The position numbers and the translations under genes were made by a program. A DNA stretch of 63,967 nt, filler included, from an uncultured Methanospirillum sp. (lineage in GTDB: Archaea; Halobacteriota; Methanomicrobia; Methanomicrobiales; Methanospirillaceae), in assembly GCA_964637135.1 (NCBI GenBank). It is 3 parts of 3 records of this genome, joined end to end, with 100 filler letters (N's around TTAATTAATTAA, not from the genome) between each part and the next. Parts side by side here need not be neighbours in the genome. Positions count along the whole stretch, not along the records: positions 1 to 30,368 come from CAZWTX010000032.1; positions 30,469 to 60,292 come from CAZWTX010000033.1; 1 more part is not named here. The stretch is one strand, 5' to 3'. A model generated the notes under the pieces. That model ran no database searches, was not told the origin of the DNA, and was given only the letters and a program-made list of their open reading frames with translations. Below, piece after piece: positions 24,285 to 33,466 of this stretch. Within the stretch, counting starts at the first letter, position 1. Each line of letters opens with the position of its first letter.

Positions 24285-26099
24285 CTACTTGCCCCAGAAG
24301 GGATTCTCTTTCCTGTACAGGCGGGTGTACTGGTCGAGAACCTCCTTTGCATCTTCATTCAGGTGTGAGAGCATCTCGGTTTCGAGAACCTTGACATGCC
24401 GCTCCGGGATGCTTACGAGGAGTTCATCCTCGACATCGAACTGTCTTCCGACCGTTGCCCCTTCGATGGAGATGGCCACTTCATCACCTGGTTTTGCCTC
24501 GTGGATATTCTCCTTGCGATGCTGCATTGCCTTGAGGGAACCGGCCTTCTTTCCGTCACGCCTGATCAGGTTCACCCCGGTCCGGAGCGTGCCTGCAATC
24601 ACCCTGACACCAACGACGGCGGGGTTATTCTGCCTGAAGACACACCCGGGAAGAACCTGGATCTTGGCCGGCAGGATGATCTGCTCAAACTTCTTCTGTT
24701 CGAGTTCCCGCTTCATGACATCGCGCCAGTCCAGGTAATCCTCGAGGATGTGGTAGATCACGTTTCCTGAGAAGAGCTGGACCATCTCTGCATAGGCTGG
24801 TTCATTGAGGAGATCCTGAGCATCAGGGAGGATGGGCGTGTTAAACGCGATGATAGTACGGTAAAATGGCGTTTTTATCGTTTCCGCCTGGATAACGTCA
24901 TGCCTGCTTACCGGTCCGACCTCGGCCTGCATGACCGGGATCTCATGGACCGTCAGTTCCTTGCAGATGGCTTCAAGAGCCCCGATGGTATCGGCTTTGA
25001 TGATAAGACCCTCCGGGGAAAGGGTGACGCTGATCTCGGTCATCTCTTTCTCGATGGTTGCAGTTACGTCCTCGAGATCATTCTTCACTACCCTGACCGG
25101 TGATCCGGCGATGACCTGGTCGAGGCCCGGAGCACTCACCTTGACCCCGGCAGCTGCCGTCACGCTCTTGACCCGGGAAAAACGGTCCTCGACGAGGATC
25201 TCCTTGAGGGGACGCGGCTGCATAAGGGACCTGACCTTAGTCACCGTGACCCCGGTGCTGGTGGCAACCGCTATCTCATCACCCACTTCGAGGGTTCCGT
25301 CAAAGAGGATCACGTCAATCGTGGCACCAAGCCCTTTCTCCTCTTTCACCTCGAGGACGGTTCCTGCACCAGGGCCGTCAGCAGCAAGAGCCAGGCTCTC
25401 CTCCATGTACCGCTGAGCAAGCCCGATCAGCACCATGAGAAGATCTGCAATCCCTTCACCGGTATGGGCGCTTAACGGAACGATGGCGAGATTTCTCGCA
25501 AAATCACTCACCCGGTCGTACCGCTCTGAAGAAAATCCGTGTTCATCAAGGGCGGCGACGATCTCGTAGAGTTTCAGTTCAACCGTCTGCTGCATTCGTT
25601 CGTTTTGTTTGTTGAAACTTGCGAGGAATCCGGACTTCTCGTGAGAACGCCAGCCGGGAAGGCGATCGAGTTTCGTTGCTGCGATTACAAAGGGAGTCTT
25701 GCAGTTGCGCAGGATCTGGAGTGCCTCTATCGTCTGCGGCTGGAATCCCTCGTTCATGTCCACAACGACGATGGCCATGTCAGCAAGAGCCCCACCGCGT
25801 GCCCGGAGCGTGGTAAATGCATGGTGACCGGGGGTATCGATGAAGAGCAGACCGGGGATGCTGATATTCAGGTTCTTCATCGAACCGCTCATCTCGAAAA
25901 TGGTCTCGATGGGGACGATGGTGGCTCCGATGTGCTGGGTAATGGCCCCGGCCTCCCCTTTCACAACCGAAGAACCCCGGATCCGATCGAGGAGGGAGGT
26001 TTTTCCATGATCAACATGGCCGAGAACGCATACGATGGGGGTTCTGATCTTCGGTCCGGTATTGGCCGATGTATTCTTTTTCTGTGATTTCTTTGCCAT
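24285..26099 (-). CDS. infB: Translation initiation factor aIF5B (IF-2)
   Basis: GHVDHGKT, GAITQHIGA and DTPGH motifs; no intein. Confidence 0.96.
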   Translation of the reverse strand: MAKKSQKKNTSANTGPKIRTPIVCVLGHVDHGKTSLLDRIRGSSVVKGEAGAITQHIGATIVPIETIFEMSGSMKNLNISIPGLLFIDTPGHHAFTTLRARGGALADMAIVVVDMNEGFQPQTIEALQILRNCKTPFVIAATKLDRLPGWRSHEKSGFLASFNKQNERMQQTVELKLYEIVAALDEHGFSSERYDRVSDFARNLAIVPLSAHTGEGIADLLMVLIGLAQRYMEESLALAADGPGAGTVLEVKEEKGLGATIDVILFDGTLEVGDEIAVATSTGVTVTKVRSLMQPRPLKEILVEDRFSRVKSVTAAAGVKVSAPGLDQVIAGSPVRVVKNDLEDVTATIEKEMTEISVTLSPEGLIIKADTIGALEAICKELTVHEIPVMQAEVGPVSRHDVIQAETIKTPFYRTIIAFNTPILPDAQDLLNEPAYAEMVQLFSGNVIYHILEDYLDWRDVMKRELEQKKFEQIILPAKIQVLPGCVFRQNNPAVVGVRVIAGTLRTGVNLIRRDGKKAGSLKAMQHRKENIHEAKPGDEVAISIEGATVGRQFDVEDELLVSIPERHVKVLETEMLSHLNEDAKEVLDQYTRLYRKENPFWGK

Positions 26100-26356
26100 T
26101 TCTGGTACCCCCAGTGCCGGCCTCAGTTCAAAGTGAATATTTACGGTACCTCAAAGAAGGAACCCGGGTATACAGAGGCCTGAGTTAGTATACATGTGAG
26201 GTAATCGCTCATTAACTCTCCCCGGAAACATCCCAAACCGGCTGGAATTCCGTGCAGGATAAAGAGTCCCTGATTCGGAATGAATACGGTTCTGCCCCGG
26301 GAACGGGAAAGAGATACATTAATGTGAATTCCGGGTTCACCTATTAGGTGCATTCT

Positions 26357-26428
26357 GCCAGGGTGGGGTAATGGTTATCCTAAGGGATTGTGGTTCCCTC
26401 GATCTGGGTTCGATTCCCGGTCCTGGCC
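26357..26428 (+). tRNA. tRNA-His (GTG)
   Basis: GCCAGGG...AGGGA TTGTGGT TCCCT...GGTTCGATTCC...TCCTGGCC cloverleaf with discriminator C. Confidence 0.93.
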
Positions 26429-26569
26429 TTCTGTTTTTTGGTACCGGTTCATCGGAAAAAGTGTATCTGGGCAACCGGCCGTGATTTTTAATCCTGTCTG
26501 GATAGCCTCATCAACGCTCATTTATGATTCCACCGATGACGACCGCGGTGAAAAACACAGAGTCATCAG

Positions 26570-27937
26570 TTATGCTCTTTCTGCTGCACTCCATGCGGCA
26601 TACCCCCCGGCAAGGAGGGAGATATGGGAGTGCCCCCGTGCACGAAGGAGGCTTGCGGCAATACCAGCCCGGGATCCTGATCCGCATACGAGAACTGCCT
26701 GACGGTTCTCATCGATCTCCCGGTACCGTTCCCGGATATCAGGCCAGGGAACAGAGACCGCACCGGGGAGATGATGTCCGGCATACTCGGCAGGCATACG
26801 CACGTCCACGACCTGAAGACCAGGCTCTTTTGCTCTCAATTCTTTGAATTCTCTCACCGAAAGGAGCGGGATATGGGTGATGGGATGTCCCCCGGTGATC
26901 CATGCCGGCATCCCACCTTTCAGGAACCCGTGCACCCGATCGAGTCCGACCCGCCGGAGCATCAGGACGGTTTCATTCACCTGGGCGGCAGTGTGGAGGA
27001 CCAGGAGTATCCTGTGGTCTGGCGGGACGATCCAGCCGGCAAACGTCGGGAAGTTATTCTCCCGGTCCAGGTTAACCGCTCCAGGGATATGGGCTGCACT
27101 AAATGCGTCATACCGTCTCGTGTCGATCACGACTGTCCCGTTCTCTGCCATCATGGCACTGAACTGATCCGGAGAGAGGGGAACAGGATCAGGATATGTC
27201 TTCATGAGAGCCGGTCCCTGCCGGTTGATTTCAGAGCACCGGTGGAAGTGGTCAGGGGCAGGGGGCATGTCTGTGGTGAGATTCCGTATGAAATCATCCC
27301 GTCCGGTGATCTGGAGAACCGGGTTATACAGGCGTTCATATCCGATAGTGGTCGATGCCTTAGAACCAAGGGTCCGGCCACAGAACGAGCCGGATCCATG
27401 GGTCGGATAGACCTCACAAAAACCGGGCAGTCCGAGTAGTCCCTCGAAAAGTGAAGAATACAGCTGTGATGCAAGCACTTCTGCCTCACCGGGGAAGAGA
27501 TCCGGCCGGCCGGCATCGCCGACAAAGAGTGCATCACCGGTAAATACTGCGACCGGTTCTTCCCCCCTGCTGGTATCGATGACGACATAACTGACAGAGC
27601 ACGGGGTATGACCGGGAGTCTCCATGACCCGGATAACAAGATCATCCAGGATGATCTCGTCCCCTCCCTTCATCTCCGAACTGGAAAAAGAAGGCCGGGC
27701 AGCGGCCGGCATGTACACCGGTGCACCAGTCTTCTCATGAAGTTCGAGATGCCCCGAGATGAAATCGGCATGGAGGTGAGTCTCTAAAATCCCTGCGATC
27801 ATCATGCCTTCTTCTTCGGCTGCTGACAGGTACGTATCACTATCCCGTGCAGGATCGATGATAACACAGGAATGCCTGGCCCCGAGAAGGTACGAGCGAT
27901 GGGCAATTCCGGGAATGAAGAAGGATTTGATGATCAT
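26570..27937 (-). CDS. MBL-fold hydrolase fused to two rhodanese domains (CstB/persulfide dioxygenase-like)
   Basis: THLHADF, TPGHT, FTGDALF and GRPDL motifs; C-terminal rhodanese loop CGSGSR. Confidence 0.85.
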   Translation of the reverse strand: MIIKSFFIPGIAHRSYLLGARHSCVIIDPARDSDTYLSAAEEEGMMIAGILETHLHADFISGHLELHEKTGAPVYMPAAARPSFSSSEMKGGDEIILDDLVIRVMETPGHTPCSVSYVVIDTSRGEEPVAVFTGDALFVGDAGRPDLFPGEAEVLASQLYSSLFEGLLGLPGFCEVYPTHGSGSFCGRTLGSKASTTIGYERLYNPVLQITGRDDFIRNLTTDMPPAPDHFHRCSEINRQGPALMKTYPDPVPLSPDQFSAMMAENGTVVIDTRRYDAFSAAHIPGAVNLDRENNFPTFAGWIVPPDHRILLVLHTAAQVNETVLMLRRVGLDRVHGFLKGGMPAWITGGHPITHIPLLSVREFKELRAKEPGLQVVDVRMPAEYAGHHLPGAVSVPWPDIRERYREIDENRQAVLVCGSGSRAGIAASLLRARGHSHISLLAGGYAAWSAAERA

Positions 27938-27978
27938 GATATCAGGAATGATGAGTATTCATCCGTGGGTATTTATGC

Positions 27979-30156
27979 TCAGGGCAGATCAGGCCCGCCG
28001 AACCCGTACTGGAGTCTGATGAGTTTCTCGAGGCGGACGCTAAGATCGGCAATCTGCCGTTCGAGCCGTTCCCGGTCATGAACGGCATGGATGTACGCAA
28101 TGCGTTTTTCCAGGGATTCACGTCTGATGGAGATCTTCTCGATCTCCCTGGCCCGGCCGGCTTCTTCAGGGTCGTACCAGTCAACCGGGGCGATGGGTAA
28201 TCGTTTCAGGCAATGGAGGGTACCTGCGGGGTCCGGGCTTTGACACGTTTTCTCCCAGTACCAGGCGAGGATTTTGGATCCGAGAATTGCTTCAAGGTAT
28301 ATGTCTCTTCCCGGGATAACCCGGTGAAGGTGTTCTGCTTCCATCTCTCCGAGGATCAGTCTCCCGTCACGAATTCCGATCCGGATTGCTTCCCGGGGGA
28401 GTTTCTCTCCCGGTTCCGGCAGGTACATGCCGTGCAGGGTATAATCGGAGAGAGGTATTCCCCGGGTTTTCATCCTTGTTATCCCCTCCTGAAGAAAGGG
28501 ATCCCTGATCTTCCACCCGCCTTCCCGGGGAAGATCCCTCCGGTGGACGAAAAAACCTTCGGAAGGCGCTGATGAGAGATACCTGACTTCAACGAGATCT
28601 CCTGCATCTTTGGCAATGACCAGCATAGTGGTGGCATCAGGTGAGAAGGAGTTGTCCGGATCAGGGATGAAGAGGTGTTTCAGGCGGCCGTTCCGGAGGG
28701 TATTCCGAAATCCCGCATACTGTTCCCCTGAAAGCCAGACCGCCGGGAGGATGAGGATTATCATTCTGACAGCGTCGTCTTTCCCAACCGGATAATCTGC
28801 AAGAAGGGCAGCGGTACCGATTCCCGGCAGGTACGATGGGTACTGGCAGGTGAGATATCTCCCGGTCTCCGGAACGGGTTCAGGTTCCTGGAAGGCTGAT
28901 GTAAGGAGGATGATATCACCCGGCCGGGTGGCCGCAAGCGCCCTGATCCCAAGCGGATGAATCCTGGCAAGGATATGGCGGGAAGATTCTGCCGAGATGA
29001 ATTCACGGGTAACCTCTTCTTCGTATACCGCAGAACCAGCCCGTATCGCGGTGTCGAGGGCCATCAGCGGGTACTGCAGATGGAGAGCGGTGAGGGCCGG
29101 ATCATCAAACCGGTGATCAAGTGCGGCAAGAACGACCTGGTACCTGAGTGCGGCGAGAAAACGGGGTGATCGATCTGATGCGAGCACGGTTTCAGAGAGA
29201 TGGATCAACCGGCTGAGTGGGGTATCGGGACCTGACCGACCAGCCAGAAGGGGATATACCCGTGAGAAGAGGGCTCCTGTTCCGGCCCCCGGGAAAAAAA
29301 GGGATACAGTACCGGAAAGAGAAGTGAGGAGATCCCTGATCCGGGGAATAACCTGTTCATAATCCGGCTCCCAGGGAGACCCCGTCTCTCCTCCCTGTGT
29401 CTTCTTTCCGGCACCACGATTCGGTATGCACAGGTGGACATACCCGTCGGCCCAGATTTCTGCGCTGATCCACGAGAGACGGATCCCCTCCGGAACCGGT
29501 ACCCCGCATATCTTCCGTTTCAATTCCGACTTCATCGGGGCGGAGATGGGAACCGGGTTCAGATCGTACGGATCCCTAGCCCTGATGGTTCCTGACCACC
29601 TGATGAGAGCGGCGATGAGGCTGTTTTCCCCTGGTTCCTCCCCTTCAAGATGGTGGATCCGGTACTGGCGGAAGAGAAGAAGTTCGTTGAGAAGAAGGAG
29701 GGTTGAGAAGGTTCTGACAGGTTCGCTCACTTCTCCTTCTTCCCGGTACATGGCTGCACTAATCTCGCGACAGAGGAGGTCCAGGTACTTCGAAAGGGCA
29801 TCCAGAACCGTCTCCCCGGAGTTGTCACGGGGGATACTGATGCTGATCCCGCGTCCGGCCTCTTCAGGGGATCCTACCTGCCCGGGTTTCCGATTCCCGG
29901 AGACGGGATCCTCCGTGACGATAAGAGTAAACCGGTCATGTCCGGATGATCTGACATGAGAGATGAGATCGTCATGGATCGGGCCATTGGACGGATACCT
30001 CTCCCCTTCGAGGATCAGTTCCTCCCCGTGCGGGGTTCTGGCGATATGTGCCTTCCATCCTGCATCATATGCGGGTCCCGGCTCAAGCGGACGCTGACTG
30101 ATGGTTACCGGCTCATTCCAGGAATTCGTATCTCTTTCGTCCTGGTTGTACACCAT
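27979..30156 (-). CDS. Degenerate type IIG (Eco57I/TaqI-C-like) restriction-modification-like protein
   Basis: FPGAGTG sits at the DPxCGSG position and YPSY at the NPPY position; the C-terminus reads YLEAILGSK...LKRLPI...LERQIAD...LQYG. Confidence 0.5.
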   Translation of the reverse strand: MVYNQDERDTNSWNEPVTISQRPLEPGPAYDAGWKAHIARTPHGEELILEGERYPSNGPIHDDLISHVRSSGHDRFTLIVTEDPVSGNRKPGQVGSPEEAGRGISISIPRDNSGETVLDALSKYLDLLCREISAAMYREEGEVSEPVRTFSTLLLLNELLLFRQYRIHHLEGEEPGENSLIAALIRWSGTIRARDPYDLNPVPISAPMKSELKRKICGVPVPEGIRLSWISAEIWADGYVHLCIPNRGAGKKTQGGETGSPWEPDYEQVIPRIRDLLTSLSGTVSLFFPGAGTGALFSRVYPLLAGRSGPDTPLSRLIHLSETVLASDRSPRFLAALRYQVVLAALDHRFDDPALTALHLQYPLMALDTAIRAGSAVYEEEVTREFISAESSRHILARIHPLGIRALAATRPGDIILLTSAFQEPEPVPETGRYLTCQYPSYLPGIGTAALLADYPVGKDDAVRMIILILPAVWLSGEQYAGFRNTLRNGRLKHLFIPDPDNSFSPDATTMLVIAKDAGDLVEVRYLSSAPSEGFFVHRRDLPREGGWKIRDPFLQEGITRMKTRGIPLSDYTLHGMYLPEPGEKLPREAIRIGIRDGRLILGEMEAEHLHRVIPGRDIYLEAILGSKILAWYWEKTCQSPDPAGTLHCLKRLPIAPVDWYDPEEAGRAREIEKISIRRESLEKRIAYIHAVHDRERLERQIADLSVRLEKLIRLQYGFGGPDLP

Positions 30157-30283
30157 TTTGTTTGTAACGAGAATTATTCCTGCATACTTCTATACCCGAT
30201 CCCTGAAGACGGGTTGTGAACCGGTCCCCTCCGAAACAATACTCCCGGGAAAAAACACCATACCGGACAGACAAAAACGATGA

Positions 30284-30358
30284 TAGCGAGGGATGGATTT
30301 GAACCATCGGTCTACGGGTTATGAGCCCGTCGGGATATCCTGACTACCCCACCTCGCT
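30284..30358 (-). tRNA. Initiator tRNA-Met (CAT)
   Basis: AGCGAGG...ACGGG CTCATAA CCCGT...CCTCGCTA, with an A1:U72 pair and three G:C pairs in the anticodon stem. Confidence 0.93.
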
Positions 30359-30368
30359 AAACTTGGGA

Positions 30369-30468
30369 NNNNNNNNNNNNNNNNNNNNNNNNNNNNNNNN
30401 NNNNNNNNNNNNTTAATTAATTAANNNNNNNNNNNNNNNNNNNNNNNNNNNNNNNNNNNNNNNNNNNN
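30369..30468. other. Artificial contig join (N-TTAATTAATTAA-N linker)
   Basis: Six-frame stop linker at 30413-30424 within Ns. Confidence 0.95.
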
Positions 30469-30470
30469 AG

Positions 30471-32804
30471 GAGACTGATTTCCAGTCAGGCATCAGCATG
30501 AACCTGGATCTCTCCGTGGGCGGTGCCCAGCCGACCCCGGTGGTGGTTCCGACCTCGTCGGTCCAGGAACCTGCCGGGGAAGCGGTTTCATCCGGGGACG
30601 TCTCTTCCGGGTCTGAACAGACCGGAGAGACGAACGGTACTGAAGTAACTGAAGTAACCGGAGCGTCTGATGGCGCTTCTGCCCCGGAGATTGCCGTTCC
30701 TGAGCAGACCGCAGGGTCAGATGAGCCGTCAGTCTCTGATGTGCTTGATGCTGATTTCTCGGCCGTTCCGCTCGCAGGTACGGTTCCCTTCACCGTTCAG
30801 TTCACCGATCTCTCGACCGGCGGTCCGATCATGTGGGCATGGGACTTTGGTGACGGGTCGACCGACCTTGTTGCAAACCCGGCACATGAATACACGACAG
30901 CCGGCATCTACACGGTCTCCCTGACAGTCTCAAACGAGACATCCTCTGATACCGAGACCCGGGAAGCATGTATCGATGCCACTGGGCAAGCAGGTCTGAA
31001 GGCTGCATTCACTGCAGATCCGCAGTCCGGTGAGGCACCGCTGACGGTCACCTTTACCGACCAGTCCACCGGCAGCCCGACATCCTGGTCATGGGATTTC
31101 GGTGACGGTACCGGGGACAGCTCGCAGAATGCGTATCATGTCTACCCGCTTCCCGGCCTGTACACGGTTTCCCTGACTGTCTCGGATGGCATAGCATCAG
31201 ATACCGTGAAAAAAGAGCAGTACATCTCTGTCCTGACACCGGGACAGATTATTGCTGACTTCTCTGCAACCCCGGTCAGCGGAACCGCACCACTCTCGGT
31301 GACATTTACCGACGCGTCCACCGGGGAGCCGACGCTCTGGGTATGGGACTTCGGTGATGGAAGCGGCGATCTTGTTCAGAACCCGGTACATGTGTATGCA
31401 CAAAGCGGCACCTACACGGTGACCATGACCGCATCAAACGATGTCGGTGATCTCTCAACCAAGGTCCGTGAGAAGTACATCTCCGTTGCCGGGGAGGTAC
31501 CCCCGACCCCGTCACTCACACCGATTGCCATTCCTGCAATCCCTGAGACGTTTTATGGAACGGTCCTCATGTACGGGACCCCTATCCGGTCAGGCGGGAA
31601 AGTAGAGGCACGGGTGGCAGGGTACGATCTCACGAGTGATTTCAACCCAATCAAGACGGCAAAACTGAACTTCGGGACCGGGGGTTCCTTCTCTCCGAAA
31701 CTGCAGGTACAGGGAGTGCCTGCCGGTTCAGAGATCGAATTCTGGGTATCTGACGCACAGAACCGGCTGACACGGGCATACATCCTCAACGACGACGGTA
31801 CCTACTCGTGGAGCATCCTGTACGAACCCGGAAAAGACCGGGAAGTACATCTTGAACTCCTGAAGACGCCGCCGATCACCATTGATCCGATCCCGGTCTC
31901 GACGCCGGCCCCGTCCGCGTGTCCGGGTGTTCCATCCATCCCGATGACCATCGAAGGGAGCGTGCATATCACCACCGGGGATGAGTACATCGATGAGTAT
32001 GGTTCATGCAAGCATTGTGAACCAAATCTCAATGAGAACGGGGTTGTCGAGGCCCGTATCGAAGGGTATGATGTCTCCGGTCCGTCCAACCCGATCGTCG
32101 TCAACTCGTCAAGCGGGTACTTTGGCGGCGGCAACAGTTCCTGGGCAGATAAACTCTCCGTTCAGGGACGGTGCATCACCGGTGACGTCAACATGACGTT
32201 CTGGGTGAAGGATGGCGGGTGGCCGCATTATACCCAGGCCTGGGTCGTGGAGAATAAGATGTACTCCCGTGAGATACCGTTCTCACCGGGTTCCTCCGCA
32301 ACCGTTGACCTCTGGGTCGGTCCTGAGCCGATGCCGATTATAACCCCGACGCCGACCCCGACGCCGGCGGCCTGGCAGCCTCACCAGTTTTACGGGAAAG
32401 CCGAGTTTAACGGGTACCCCCTCCGTGAGGGTGACCGGGTCATGGCTACGACAGAAGGGGTGGACCTGACCAGTCCGACAAACCCGATATCAGTATACCA
32501 GTTCGGTGAGTATGGGGATCCGGTCGGGAAAGAGATGCTTATGGTCGATGTCCCGTACACGGCGATGAACCAGAGTGATCCGATCATCTTCTGGATCAAA
32601 CCGCAGAACTACCAGTACTGGTACCGGGCAGAGGTCACGAGTCCTCTTTCCAGTGATTCCTGGCATGTGAACTATCCGTTCACCCCGGGCTCGATCACGA
32701 CGCTCGATCTCAGGTCATCAGACCGGGAGGAGTTCATCGTCTCCCATGACCTGACGAATCAGGTCAAGAATGTCATCCTGCCGGATGACTACAGCATGTG
32801 GTAA
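30471..32804 (+). CDS. PKD-domain cell-surface protein (5'-truncated at the contig start)
   Basis: Three PKD domains (FTDxS...WxWDFGDG...HxY...GxYTVxL), Pro/Thr linkers and repeated P-x-x-FYG modules; the frame is open back to the gap. Confidence 0.85.
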   Translation, partial: ETDFQSGISMNLDLSVGGAQPTPVVVPTSSVQEPAGEAVSSGDVSSGSEQTGETNGTEVTEVTGASDGASAPEIAVPEQTAGSDEPSVSDVLDADFSAVPLAGTVPFTVQFTDLSTGGPIMWAWDFGDGSTDLVANPAHEYTTAGIYTVSLTVSNETSSDTETREACIDATGQAGLKAAFTADPQSGEAPLTVTFTDQSTGSPTSWSWDFGDGTGDSSQNAYHVYPLPGLYTVSLTVSDGIASDTVKKEQYISVLTPGQIIADFSATPVSGTAPLSVTFTDASTGEPTLWVWDFGDGSGDLVQNPVHVYAQSGTYTVTMTASNDVGDLSTKVREKYISVAGEVPPTPSLTPIAIPAIPETFYGTVLMYGTPIRSGGKVEARVAGYDLTSDFNPIKTAKLNFGTGGSFSPKLQVQGVPAGSEIEFWVSDAQNRLTRAYILNDDGTYSWSILYEPGKDREVHLELLKTPPITIDPIPVSTPAPSACPGVPSIPMTIEGSVHITTGDEYIDEYGSCKHCEPNLNENGVVEARIEGYDVSGPSNPIVVNSSSGYFGGGNSSWADKLSVQGRCITGDVNMTFWVKDGGWPHYTQAWVVENKMYSREIPFSPGSSATVDLWVGPEPMPIITPTPTPTPAAWQPHQFYGKAEFNGYPLREGDRVMATTEGVDLTSPTNPISVYQFGEYGDPVGKEMLMVDVPYTAMNQSDPIIFWIKPQNYQYWYRAEVTSPLSSDSWHVNYPFTPGSITTLDLRSSDREEFIVSHDLTNQVKNVILPDDYSMW

Positions 32805-32845
32805 ACCAACGGGGGATCTTCCCCCTTATTAATTTCAGTGATATT

Positions 32846-33379
32846 ATGGCAGTCAAACGAATGGCATGGATCCCGGCTCTGCTGGTGATCATCGGCATGG
32901 GAATAATCGTCTCATCAGCAGCAGGGGCATCACCCCAGCTTCCCTGTGAATTCTATGGGACCGTAATGGTCTCCGGGGCCCCGGCCCCGGTGGGAACGGT
33001 CATCACCGCCCACGTGAACAATACCGAGCAGGGATCAATCACCGTCAACCAGTCAGGCATTTTCGGCGGTACCGGTACCTTTGACGAACGACTCATTGTT
33101 CCAGCAGGAGAGAATGACTTTGCGAACGGCATTCCCCTGATCACCTTCAGGGTAAACGGACAGCAGGCAGATCAGACTGCACCGTTCCGTCCGGGAACGA
33201 GCACCGAAATGAACCTGACCGTCGGCGGGGCCCCGGCCCCGGTCTCAGAGCCGGTGACCCAGATGAATGTCTCCGGCCAGGATGCCGCAGTGCAGCCAGC
33301 CTCAAACCAGACCTGTGTTATCAGCCAGGTCGAATCCGCATCGTCAGTCCAGACCGGAAACGAAACTCCGGTCGCATAA
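32846..33379 (+). CDS. Secreted single-domain protein sharing the FYG module of the upstream PKD protein
   Basis: Signal peptide; PCEFYGTV...GTVITA...FGG...LIV...F.PG...MNLTVGG. Confidence 0.7.
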   Translation: MAVKRMAWIPALLVIIGMGIIVSSAAGASPQLPCEFYGTVMVSGAPAPVGTVITAHVNNTEQGSITVNQSGIFGGTGTFDERLIVPAGENDFANGIPLITFRVNGQQADQTAPFRPGTSTEMNLTVGGAPAPVSEPVTQMNVSGQDAAVQPASNQTCVISQVESASSVQTGNETPVA

Positions 33380-33466
33380 CTTTTTTAGCGCCTCCTGACG
33401 GACGGCAAAAAGAGATTAAAACTCCGGGAAACCGGATATCCGGGAACGATTGGAAACCCCGGTTTG

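Noticed and set aside
30413..30424. TTAATTAATTAA repeat within Ns (also at 60337-60348)
   Set aside because: It is an artificial six-frame stop linker used to join contigs, not biology.
32974..33243. 18-bp direct repeat CGGGGCCCCGGCCCCGGT
   Set aside because: It is low-complexity sequence encoding GAPAPV twice in one gene, with no sign of mobility.
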